Source: Neoechinorhynchus agilis
Lineage: Eukaryota; Animalia; Acanthocephala
Reading direction: 5' to 3'
NCBI GenBank assembly: GCA_051530055.1
Contig: CM121342.1
Location: 12,477,480 to 12,541,479 of the forward strand
DNA: 64,000 nt
This document shows, piece after piece, positions 35,633-47,387 of the stretch. Both the position numbers and the translations under genes were made by a program. The notes beneath the pieces were generated by a model. The model saw only the letters and a list, made by a program, of their open reading frames with translations, was not told the origin of the DNA and did no database searches. How positions within the stretch are numbered: the first letter of the stretch is position 1; each line of letters starts with the position of its first letter.

Positions 35633-38600
35633 ATGCGCAATTTTCGTTGTAACGAAAAAAGCGTTGTTTCTGGTGATTTCCTTTCGCGACCTCCCGATCC
35701 TCCTGATGATCGTGGAGGTTTGGATGTCGGTGGTTCACTAAGCTCTAACAACTTGCGAATTCCAATGTCCTTGGAGAAGCGAGAGCAGTTGCTCTCTGAT
35801 CTCCTGGTAAACAATTCCCAGTTGACATCGACAAAGCAACAATTTCCAAAATCAAATTCTCGAAATTACTTTTCTTTACATTCACCACCTCCCACCAAAT
35901 TCCAGCTTTTGTCCTTCCTCGACCGTCGCCATCACGCTGGCAGCATTGCCCCGTTGTACTGCCAGCGAGATATTTTATCGAAGAAATAAGCCTGCTCTTG
36001 AGTCTCCGGTTGCCTCTCTCAATTTCTTCGAGAGATCCTTGAGCAGAGAGAGTGCCGAGCTGCCGAGCGCTCCATACGTCTCTACCCCAAAGGGGACAAA
36101 ATAGTGAGCCCTCGATAGCTGCATATATTTTCGTACCTTCCTCCCTTCCGCTGCACTGGCGGCACCACCGGCGATTTCGAGGGAGTAGGGGATGTTGCTG
36201 GCTGCGAGGGTGTCCACACACGTGGCGTCCCAGAGAAGGCATTTGCCCTCCCGCCACGGCAAGACCGAAATTCCATCGGGCCTACGGCCGTCTAGTCTGC
36301 AGAGGTGGGCGGGTTCCAGGATGTTCGGGAAGTTCGCCGTTCTCAACGCCCGAGAAATTACGTTATTGATTTCAGAATGGCGTGAAAACCTTCCTGCTGA
36401 CCTTCTGCAGACGAGACCGTGTCGCCCGAAAGCATCAACCAAAGACCCACATCGACAGCGATGGGGCGTGCATATCGGGAGACCGAGTCTTAAGGATACT
36501 GCGATCCTCGTCACCTCGTCAGTAAGAAGAGTTCCCACAGATGCCAGAGGAACAGCCTCCAACCACGCCCCAGATTCTCGTGTTGAAACTGCCAACAGTC
36601 TAGCTCGGACGACCCCATCGCGAGAACCTGAAAGAAGAGAGCTGTGAGCTCTCGCGACAAGAGGTCCGTCCCAGATCGACTGTCTGAGGCCATTCACGGG
36701 AACTTGGTTAGCGCCTGTCTGCTGGCACCATTCCTCAACCGCCACCACGAAATCCCGGTCAAGACAAAACTTTTCTTTCAAAATGTTCTTCGAGACTGGT
36801 AGGCTCCCCTCAAACGATCCAAGAAAGGCCGGCAAAGCAAGGTCGACTAGTGCCCGAATTCCCAATCCCCCAGATGACACAGGCAAAGAAGCTTGTCGCC
36901 ACGCCTCATCTGAGAGCTGGACATTTAAAATACGCTCGAGGCAAGCCCTCACCTTATTGTAGAGCGTTGCCAATCCTTACCGACAAAAAGACGGCCTTTC
37001 ATAGCCATTTTTAAATCCAAACCTATCCTTCCCAAACAAATCATGTACGACCAAGCAGTAAGTCCGTGGACTCGGACCTCCAAGAACGATGGTATTAAAA
37101 GGATCGATCACATATTACGCCGGCAATCTACGAATCTACCTGACTTCACACAATTGGTTGGATCACTTTGTCAAGTTTTCGAAATCTAACCTCCCTAAAG
37201 AAGTCTACGATATTACGTCCAGTTCTCAAAAAGTTCAATTTCTAGTTAAAGGTGTTGAACCTTCTCTCAGCAAACAAGAACGGAACGAGTTCGAACAAAC
37301 TTTTGGATGCAATATAAAGTTCTAAACTCAAGAAGGACGGGCCAACCTATTCCTATTGCCATGGTAGAAGGACAATGGAATGTGCGTGATGAATTATGTT
37401 CTCAACAATTTTGCTCCTTCAACTGCTTCGAAATTAACTTCGTGATGAAATAAAACTATGAGCAAGATGATTTCATCTTTCCGCAATGCAATATCTGTCA
37501 GCAATGGGGCCATTGGTGCCAACGCTGCCCCAATCCTTCTCACAAAAAAATGTTGTCACTGTGGGGATTCCTCTCACGGTTCGGATCAATGTACCAATTC
37601 AAATAAACATTGCTCAAATTGTCAAGGACAGCATTCGTCTTTTTACAAAGGATGCCCACAATTCAAAAATTACTGGGCCTGGGCTCAGAATTCTCGTATT
37701 AACGCCGTGGAAAAAGCTCATTACTACAACTAAGCAAGTAGCGCCTAAACTCAATTCATTGCTTCCAAGACCCTCCTTTCGACAAGACGCCAACTCTAAC
37801 TTCTCAGGATTTTCCGGTAAAGTGCCCTCTACTCAAGTGGTAACCATGGAGGTGTTAGAGAGCAAATTAGATGAAGCTTGTAACAAGATTCTAATGATTA
37901 TGCAAGCTCGTTTTACGGAGGCAATGCTGGCTTTTGAAACAAAGATGAGCGTCTTAATTGATAAGTTAATGAACATTCAGACTATTTTTTCCTCGTGTTT
38001 ACCAGAACAAAGCTCTGCAAAACTCAAAAGAGCGAATGTGTCTGGCGAGGTTGCACGAGCAGCTAAAAAGCCGAATGGTGGCTCTCGCTCACAGCACGAG
38101 GATGATGTTGTAATGGATGAAGATCAATCAACTTCTGAATTCGTTGCAAGAGTAATTGAAACCCAATCCAGGCTGATCAACAACGGAACAGCCAATTTGA
38201 TTTCAAATGTCAATGCGAAGAAACTTTGACTCGATGGCTCAGGAGAAGGTAGGCAATGTTAAGGTGTTGCAGTGGAACTGTGGGGGTGCGACCAACCTTT
38301 TTCAGCTCACTCGATATTTACCAGGAATATCCATAGCTCTAATTCAAGAGTCAAAAAGCGTTTTTAATTTAGAGCAACTATATGTTCATCTAGCCCTTTT
38401 AAAGTTTTCGGTTTTTACATCTTTCGTTCATCCTCCCTATGGACTTGCCACACAAGGCCAAATTTCCATTTCTCAATCTTCCCTTGTTCCCTCACTGATC
38501 ATGTCCTATTCCTCTGAGGAATTGTCTTACAGTATTTTTAAAATACTTTTCAAAAAGAACTATCTCTCTTGCGGTAAAAGACAAAATCAAATGGCTCCTA

Positions 38601-40720
38601 GGGGCTAACATCGATCTTATTGTGGGAGATTTTAATGATCCATCCTTTAAATGGTCTCGGGCCATTGTTAACGCTATCAATCCTTCCCATTCTCTTATCA
38701 TGCCTAACAATCCTTCCTTTCACAATATGTCTACCAACAAACACTCCTTTTTGGATCTAGTAATATTAAAGAAAATTTTAAACCTTTCAATCGAATATGA
38801 TCGCCAAGTCTCCAATTTTGTCCTCTTAGGACACGACATCTTGATTTGGTACATTGGTCCCTTTGACAAGCTGCGCAAAGTGTATCACTTATCCCTTTTA
38901 AATTTACCGCTTTTTCGGCTAGTTTGCGAGAAAATTTTCTTACACTTAGGTTCTGATTGCAAGTTGTCAGATATTTTACCTTTAGCAAACTCCTTAGTTA
39001 ATAAAGCCGCTAATTCTTTCTTATGTCACACCCTTAAAACCTTCTCTCGCCCTTATGTGAGCCGATCACTTCGTTTTCTTGGACACCAACTCTTTGTAGC
39101 CCAACGCGCTGGGGATACCATTCTATGCAAACCCTATCAAGTTTTCTATGGGCTGCCCGTTGTCGACAGCGACAACGAAGGGATGCTGATTTTCTTGCTA
39201 CACTCAATCCTTACTCTTAAAACTGGTGGCGTACCTTTTCTAATAAGGGTAAAGTACCTTGGAGATAAAAAAATTACGGCTTGGTTAAAATCCTCGACTT
39301 TCGAGGATATTCTTACTCAAACTTTTGACTCCAATTCAGCCCGTCAATTTGTTTTCGTAAGCTAATACGTAATCGTACTGATATCTCTTTAAATGACATT
39401 CTCGAAGTTTGGTCCACAAATCCGAAATTGGGTTCGGCTAACGGCTACCCCGGGACGAAAATTTTCACCTTGCTTCCTAGGGACTGCATAATCCTCTTTG
39501 CAAAGGCTATACTATGCTGTTCGCCATACGCGTGGAGGGATATCAATGTTTCTGGACGCATTTTCTTGGTCAAAAATGGCAGGAAGGCTATTGTTGAACC
39601 AAAGAACGTTCGTCCAATCTCGCTTCAAAATCCTCTAGTTAGCATATATGAACGCACCCTTGCAAATAGGTTGAGATCTTTCATTAATGAACATAATTGC
39701 ATCTCTCCGAACTGTCATGGCTTTCTAAAAGGGAAATCAGTTAATTCTGCCCTTGCAGAGGTTTACTCCAATTTTTCCTGCTCTAACCAGCCCATGCGAG
39801 CCATTCTTGCCGTGGACATTTCTCAAACTTTTGATAAGATTTCTCTTTCTTTTATTATTGAAATGCTTGAATTTTTCAGTCTATCTCACAATTTAATAAC
39901 ACGTATCCACAATATTTTATTTGCAAAATCCTTTTACTACGAAGACGACGCCTCAAAGACACTTTACTACCCGTCCAATGGTGTTCCGCAGGGGTCGCCT
40001 CGGTCACCCATTCCTTTCCTTATGGCATCACAATACTTGATTCAGAATTTTAAAGTTCGGGCCTCGCTCACCTGCTACGCGGATGATTTTACTTTTGTCA
40101 TCTCCACTCACAGAGCAGCTAGAATGAAACTCCTGATTGAGCAATGTATTGATTTTCTTAACTCCTTTTTACCTAAAATGAACTTATCGTTGAATAAGTC
40201 GAAATGTTTACGCATTTTTAAAGTTCGCTCAAGCAGAATTATGAAAGATTTAAAATCCTTTTTCAACAATTTAATGAACAACCCTGACACCTCTTCTTCA
40301 GGTTTTACGAATACACCCCTTAAAATTAAAATATTGGGTCACACCTTTACTGCTAATCTCTCGCCTAGACTAGATTTGAATAAAATGAAAAAATGATCAC
40401 TTTAGCATCGAAAAAGACGAAGCGCGCCGTTACTCTCGGGTTAAACGCTAATCAATGGCAAACTATTTATAAAAGCTGGAGCATTCCTGGCCTGGTCTTT
40501 TTCTCTCGAGGTCGCCCCCCGGAACAAGAAGCTTTACTCATCAAAACGTTCTGCGGTAACCTTATTACCCTGTCTTTCTCCTGGTCCGGAGAATTGAGGA
40601 TCTTCTGCAACAGTAGACTTATGAGATGGTCTAGTTGAACGATACTGATTAGTTGTTTTGGTTTTTTTTCTCATACTGCCACATGATGAATAAATCTGTA
40701 TTATTAACACTTAGAAAAAA
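35633..40720 (+). mobile_element. Near full-length divergent I/Jockey-group-like LINE (ORF1 knuckles, APE, RT), frameshifted and interrupted by a CRE fragment
   Basis: ORF1 RPPDPPDDRGG; CCHCGDSSHGSDQC and CSNCQGQHSSFYKGCP; ORF2 ATG at 38234, 4 nt after the ORF1 stop; KVLQWNCGG, IALIQE, GDFN; RT RPISLQN, CHGF, AVDISQTFDKI, GVPQGSP, YADD; aataaa at ~40688. Confidence 0.85.
35908..36970 (-). mobile_element. 5'-truncated CRE-clade element inserted into ORF1 of the LINE at 35633
   Basis: 332-aa ORF with SLPVSSGGLGIR, ESGAWL, CRCG..HGLVC (CCHC), RHSEIN, RPDG, WDATC, VETYG; LAVQRGNAASV beyond the stop. Confidence 0.9.
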
Positions 40721-41168
40721 ACATAGAGTTAGTAGAAGCATTCCGGCATCACCAACAAACGCTACCATGGATAAAAATCTCGGATAAAAACAATTAAAAA
40801 ATAAACAGTGTCGAAAAAATCTAGAATCGAGTTTACCAGCGTCCGCAAGTGGTCGCGACGTTTGCTGATCAGAATATGATTTAAAAAACTGGATGCCCGA
40901 ACTCTGCCAGGACGAACAAAGAAAAAAGTAAAAAGAAAGGTGGTACAAAATCAGAATTGGTGCAGAAGGAACTCGATAGGAAAAATACAGAGAAAGGGAT
41001 TTTCGAGAATTTGGATGCTATACTTCTAGAATTAAAATAGCTGATTAAACATGAACAGTGGAACGCTATTGTAAACAACAGCGCGTGTGCTTTATTTTCT
41101 CTTTTTCTGTGCAAATTCTTTTGCTAATCAACCACTTTCCATTAAATACACAACCTTTTGCACTAATA

Positions 41169-42437
41169 ATGAAGTTTTTAGAATTAAGACGAGCGACTAA
41201 CGTCGTCAAAGTCACCGATCCTAGTGAATTTTATGTCCGCCGGAAAGATCAACCTTTGGCATACAAAAATTTTCGCAATCAGCTACAAGAATCTTACAAA
41301 TACGAAAATGAATATCCTCCTAAGTGTAAACACTTTGGTTTCTTTTCCTGTGTAACATATTCACAAAAAGATGAATTATGGTACCGCGCTATTATTGGCG
41401 CCGAAAATTCATATTCAGTTACAGTACCGGCATTTATAGTGGACGAAGGTCGTACTGAAACCGCCCCACTGTCAAGTATTCAGCCGCTAAAGAATAAATT
41501 CTGCCAAATTCCAAGATTCGCATCAAAGTGCAAACTTCTGGGCATCAAACCGCTTCAAAATGAGAATGAAGAAAAGAAATGGTAAAAAGATGTAGTGAAC
41601 AGTTTTCAATTAGCAGTAAACCACGGAACACTTCTTGGTTCATTATTAAAAGTCAACGATAAGGAAGGTTGTTTTGAAGTAACTTTAAAAGACTTACAGA
41701 TTCAAGAATATGTTGGCAACAATCTTCTTAAATCGAATCTCGTGAAAGCACCCAATGAGCAACTTTCATGTTTTATTCCGCTTGAGCTTGAAATGGACAT
41801 ATAATAAATGACCTGGAGAAAAGAAATCCGTTTACCCGCGAAGATATGACCGGAGAAACCGTCGAGTGTATTATCACGGCTCTTAGCTTGATTAATTCGG
41901 GATACGTTCAAGAATATTCAAAACCGGCACCCTACACAAGCTTGAAAAAGAGTTACAGGACACCATTGAGAAAGACACATCAGTCGATTTGGATTTCCAA
42001 AACGGCGATCAGTGAGTCTTCACGGAATCGATTCCGTCTTCTCCTAGACATTCCACCCGCAACCCCATATAGCGATGAAAGCCATGGCAAAACGGCGTAC
42101 TTGGGCAGCAAACTCTCGCAACAAATTCTCCTACAACTCGAAAAGTCCTTTGATTACACTAATTATGGTCACGATAAAGAACTTCTCGAAAAGACAATAA
42201 CTTGGAAGATTACGTTTAAAAAAACATACTCACGTGCGCGAACTCTCGCAACAAATTCTCCTACAACTCGAAAAGTCCTTTGATTACACTAATTATGGCC
42301 ACGATAAAGAACTTCTCGAAAAGGCAATAACTTGGAAGATTACGTTTAAAAAAACATACTCACGTGCATTGGGCCGCAAAGACGCTACCACACTTCTTCG
42401 GCACGAATGTAAAAATCTAACACCAGCTCCACGATAG
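41169..42437 (+). pseudogene. Extended Tudor-domain pseudogene, copy 2
   Basis: VVKVTDPSEFYV...WYRAII...FIVDEGRTE...LKNKFCQIPRFASKCKLLGIKP...W*KDVVNSF (consensus W-S-x-E-A-x-x-x-F); premature stops at 41583 and 41802; internal duplication. Confidence 0.78.
42111..42370 (+). repeat. 130-bp tandem duplication inside Tudor copy 2
   Basis: aactctcgcaacaaattc at 42111 and 42241; single copy in the 9.8-kb paralog. Confidence 0.93.
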
Positions 42438-42834
42438 CTCGAATCATTGGAGAATAAAAAAGAGCGACGTGGGGAACGGCAATGCAGCTATAGATAGCGG
42501 ATGGCGATTTGGAAAACACAAAAACGACAGAATTCTATTCCGTTTGTGAATTTGGCGCACATTTAAATTTTAGGCGTAATTTTTTTTAATCGAAAAAATT
42601 GATTTGTAAAAGGTAGTAATGTAATCTGCGTGTTCAAAGTCTTTAAAAAAAGAAGCGATTTTATTCGTTTCAAAACATGGCCGAAACCGCAGCCGAAGGA
42701 TCATTAAGTCTTCCACCATTTTATGGATAAGAAATGCAGCGGACTTTTTGCCGCAGCCGCAATCGTAATCAATTAATTTTTGACGGAACGAACATTGAAT
42801 TATTTTTTAATGTGCCACTCAAGGAAAAATAGTT

Positions 42835-43391
42835 CATGAATTATCTACTGATTTCGCAATAAAACAGAAAGCGACCGTATTCTGCTCGTTCGTTTGTGAT
42901 GCTTCAGTTTTTCATTATTGAAGGCGAAAAGATGCGAAGTCCAAAACACTTTTTGCAATAAAGTCAATGTTACATTCAGCGCTTACCCTTTAAAAAAATT
43001 GCGATTAATTTCCAAAATTTACTCAAATGCTCGTGAATTATCTGCTCCTTTTGAAAAATTAACAAGCAAGAAAACAGAAAGCGACTGTATTCTATTCAGT
43101 CGTTTGTGATGCTTCAGTTTTATCGTTATTGATGGCGAAAAGATGTGATGTTCAAAATGCTTTTTGCAATAAAGTCAATGTTACATTCAGCGCTTACCAT
43201 TTAAAAAAATAGCGATTAATTTCCAAAATTTACTCAAATGCTCGTGAATTATCTGCTCCTTTTGAAAAATTAACAAGCAAGAAAACAGAAAGCGACTGTA
43301 TTCTATTCAGTCGTTTGTGATGCTTCAGTTTTATCGTTATTGATGGCGAAAAGATGTGATGTTCAAAATGCTTTTCGCAATAAAGTCAATG
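42835..43391. repeat. ~210-bp tandem repeat, ~2.5 copies
   Basis: gaaagcgac anchor at 42871, 43081 and 43292; a partial single copy at ~10400-10500. Confidence 0.92.
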
Positions 43392-43394
43392 CAG

Positions 43395-43920
43395 CAAGAG
43401 ATGTTATCTTGCCCATACTGAGAACCTCTGGCCACTTCGAGTTGGCATCTACCACCACTAACCACATTTTGCTTTGACTTGGACCCGCTAGATCAATGTG
43501 TATCCTATCCCACAGTCTGCTAGAAAGTGGCCATGTACCTGGTACCGCTTTTGTTATGGCAGGTCTACATTCCTGGCATTGCTGTCACAATCCCACGAAT
43601 TTTTCAAGATCTGCGTCGATTCCAGGTCACCATATGTGATATCTTGCTAACGACTTCATTCCTGATATCCCAGAGTGACCAGTGTGCAGATAGGATAGAA
43701 CGCTATTTCGAAGAGTTTGGAACAATGACTCTGCCTAGCCAGAGAATGATACCATTTTCTACCGCCAATTATAGCTTTCGGCTCTTGAATAGCAGCAACT
43801 CCTTCGACACTTTATCCAGCCATCGGCATTTCACATAACGTTTGACTAGCATGAGTGTTGCTTCTTCCCTCGTTGCCTGTTGAAGCGATTCCACAGATAG
43901 ATTAAATTCATCTAAGCTCG
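43395..43920 (-). mobile_element. Decayed Gypsy (Mag-like) integrase N-terminal remnant
   Basis: LQQATREEATLMLVKRYVKCRW...LAVENGIILWLGRVIVP with multiple stops. Confidence 0.7.
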
Positions 43921-43968
43921 ATGTATAACATAATACTTTTATTTTTTGTCATAATGCAAAGGGCGTTT

Positions 43969-46959
43969 GATGTTAGTGCTCTCTTTGCCAATGCCCCACA
44001 GTCTAAAACGATTGAATTATGGACCGAATCACGAATCGTTGAGGAAGCCACATTGCACATTAAAGGCGGCTCAGCCTTTGCGCGTGAAATAGAGAAATTA
44101 AACGTCGATCAATGTAGAATGTTTGCAGTTGATGTTAATGCTCTCTTCATCAATGTCCCACAGTCTAAAACGATTGAATTATGGGCCGAATCACGAATCG
44201 TTGAGACAGCCACATTGCACATTAGGTACGGCGCAACGTTTGCAGTTGAAATCTAGAAAATAAACGTCGAGCAATGTAGAATGTTCGCAGTAGTTGTTAG
44301 TGCTCTCTTAACCAATGCCCCACAGTCTAAAACGATTGAATTATCGGCTTAATCCTAAATCATTGCAACGGCCACATTGCACATTAGGTACGGCCCAACG
44401 TTTACGGTTCAAATCGAGAAACTAAACGTCGAGCAATGTAGAATGTTCGCAGTAGATGTTAGTGCTCTCTTAACCAATGCCCCACAGTCTAAAACGATTG
44501 AATTATCGGCCGAATCCTAAATCATTGCAACGGCCACATTGCACATTAGGTACGGCCCAACGTTTACGGTTCAAATCGAGAAACTAAACGTCGAGCAATG
44601 TAGAATGTTCGCAGTAGTTGTTAATGCTATCTTCATCAATGCCCCACAGTCTAAAACGATTGAATTATCGGCTTAATCCTAAATCATTGCAACGGCCACA
44701 TTGCACATTAGGTACGGCCCAACGTTTGAGGTTTAAATCGAGAAACTAAACGTCGAGCAATGTAGAATGTTAGCAGTAGTTGTTAGCGCTCTCTTAACCA
44801 ATGCCCCACAGTCAAAAACGATTGAATTATCGGCCAAATCCTAAATCATTGCAACGGCCACATTGCACATTAGGTACGGCCCAACGTTTACGGTTTAAAT
44901 CGAGAAACTAAACGTCGAGCAACGTAGAATGTTCGCAGTAGATGTTAGTGCTCTCTTTACCAATGCCCCACAGTCTAAAACGATTGAATTATGGGCCGAA
45001 TCACGAATCGTTGAGACAGCCACATTGCACATTAGGTACGGCGCAACGTTTGCAGTTGAAATCTAGAAAATAAACGTCGAGCAATGTAGAATGTTCGCAG
45101 TAGTTGTTAGTGCTATCTTCACCAATGCCCCACAGTCTAAAACGATTGAATTATCGGCTTAATCCTAAATCATTGCAACGGCCACATTGCACATTAGGTA
45201 CGGCCCAACGTTTACGGTTCAAATCGAGAAACTAAACGTCGAGCAATGTAGAATGTTAGCAGTAGATGTTAGTGATCTCTTAACCAATGCCCCACAGTCT
45301 AAAACGATTGAATTATCCGCCGAATCCTAAATCATTGCAACGGCCACATTGCACATTAGGTACGGCCCAACGTTTACGGTTCAAATCGAGAAATTAAACG
45401 TAGAGCAATGTAGAATGTTCGCAGTAGATGTTAGTGCTCTCTTAACCAATGTCCCCCAGTCTAAAACGATTGAATTATGGGTCGAATCACGAACCGTTGA
45501 GACAGCCACATTGCACATTTAGGGTGGCCCAACGTTTGCGCGTGAAATAGAGAAATTATACGTCGATCAATGTGGAATGTTTGCAGTTGATGTTAATGCT
45601 CTCTTCATCAATGCCCCAAAGTCTAAAACGATTGAATTATGTGCCGAATCCTAAATCATTGCAACGGCCACATTGCACATTAGGTACGGCCCTAAATTTA
45701 CGATTCAAATCGAGAAACTAAACGTCAAGCAATATAGAATGTTTGCAGTTGATGTTAATGTTCTCGTAACCAATGCCCCACAGTCAAAAACTATTGAATT
45801 ATCGGCCAAATCCTAAATCATTGCAACGGCCACATTGCACATTAGGTACGGCCCAACGTTTACGGTTTAAATCGAGAAACTAAACGTCGAGCAATGTAGA
45901 ATGTTCGCAGTAGTTGGTTAATGCTATCTTCATCAATGCCCCACAGTCTAAAACGATTGAATTATCGGCTTAATCCTAAATCATTGCAACGGCCACATTG
46001 CACATTAGGTACGGCCCAACGTTTGAGGTTTAAATCGAGAAACTAAACGTCGAGCAATGTAGAATGTTAGCAGTAGTTGTTAGCGCTCTCTTAACCAATT
46101 CCCCACAGTCAAAAACGATTGAATTATCGGCCAAATCCTAAATCATTGCAACGGCCACATTGCACATTAGGTACGGCCCAACGTTTACGGTTTAAATCGA
46201 GAAACTAAACGTCGAGCAATGTAGAATGTTCGCAGTAGATGTTAGTGCTCTCTTTGCCAATGCCCCACAGTCTAAAACGATTGAATTATGGACCGAATCA
46301 CGAATCCTTGAGATAGTCACATTGCACATTTAGGGCGGCCCAACGTTTGCGGGTGAAATAGATGAATTAAACGCCGTGCAATATAAAAGGTCTGTAGTTG
46401 ATGTTAATGCTCTCTTCATCAATGCCCCAAAGTCTAAAACGATTTAATTATCGGCCGAATCCTAAATCATTGCAACGACCACATTGCACATTAGGTACGG
46501 CCCAACGTTTACGGTTTAAATCGAGAAACTAAACGTCGAGCAATGTAGAATATTCGCAGTAGATGTTAGTGCTCTATTTACCAATGCCCCACAATCTAAA
46601 ACGATTGAATTATGGACCGAATCACGAATCCTTGAGATAGTCACATTGCACATTTGGTGCGGCCCAACGTTTGCGCGTGAAATAGATGAATTAAACGCCG
46701 TGCGATATAGAATGTCTGTAGTTGATGTTAATGCTCTCTTCATCAATGCCCCAAAGTCTAAAACGATTGAATTATCGGCCGAATCCTAAATCATTGCAAC
46801 GGCCACATTGCACATTAGGTACGGCCCAACGTTTACGGTTCAAATCGAGAAACTAAACGTCGAGCAATGTAGAATGTTCGCAGTAGATGTTAGTGCTCTC
46901 TTAACCAATGCCCCACAGTCTAAAACGATTGAATTATGGGCCGAATCACCAATCATTGC
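43969..46959 (+). repeat. 162-bp satellite array, ~18.5 monomers, derived from the motif-A segment of a Penelope-like RT
   Basis: aaaacg anchor at 44005, 44167, ... 46922 (19 hits, all 162 bp apart except one at 163); monomer reads ATLHIRYGPTFTVQIEKLNVEQCRMFAVDVSALFTNAPQSKTIEL, usually with stops. Confidence 0.97.
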
Positions 46960-47380
46960 CCCGATTTAACGGTTCACGAGTATGACCTCATTTGAATTCG
47001 AAATTACGTTCTTCGATCAAACAGATGAGTTAGCGGTGGGCTCGCCATTGACTCCGAAATTCGCCGGCGTCTACATGCTTGAGTGAGAGACGACTTTCTT
47101 GAAACTTCACAGCGATGTCACTACCTGTTTGCGGTGCATTGATGGTTTGGATTTTCATAGCTCTGAAAAGTAAGTTCTAACCATACGTTTTAGGTTTAGT
47201 CAACGTATTCATTTGACAGATTGATAGACCACGGGAAGTCATATTGTGAGTTTTAGGGCGCGTACCACAACTCTGTGCATAAGTTGTGCTTAATTCACCC
47301 GTGGAAAGTTTGCATTTACCTTTGACGTTGAGAAAAACTGCAATATAAAACGCATAAGCGAGTTTAGTAAGAGCTTAAAA
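46960..47380 (+). mobile_element. Decayed PLE RT motifs B', C and D, continuing in frame from the last satellite monomer
   Basis: TSFEFEITFFDQTDELAVGSPLTPKFAGVYMLE*ETTFL (B'), CLRCIDG (C, from RYVDD), FAFTFDVEKN (D). Confidence 0.8.
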
Positions 47381-47387
47381 AGTAACC

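Larger units (their letters stand above)
40806..42940 (+). repeat. Segmental duplication copy 2 (direct repeat of 8686-10500)
   Basis: Begins at an empty cagt site corresponding to the TRIM TSD; more complete than copy 1. Confidence 0.92.

Noticed and set aside
41582-41602. 21-nt micro-intron removing the Tudor stop codon
   Set aside because: The read-through W*KDVVNSF fits the W-S-x-E-A-x-x-x-F consensus exactly, so a point mutation is the simpler explanation.
43969-46959. CRISPR-like array
   Set aside because: Whole monomers are homologous with no unique spacers, there are no cas genes, and the context is eukaryotic.
43921-46959. Satellite as a repetitive protein-coding gene
   Set aside because: The frame is preserved, but most monomers contain TAA or TAG; the longest ORF is 111 aa.
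47344-47368. TATA box plus initiator for the LRR gene
   Set aside because: TATAAAA to ttagt spacing is about 22 nt, shorter than canonical, and the motif is common in AT-rich DNA.
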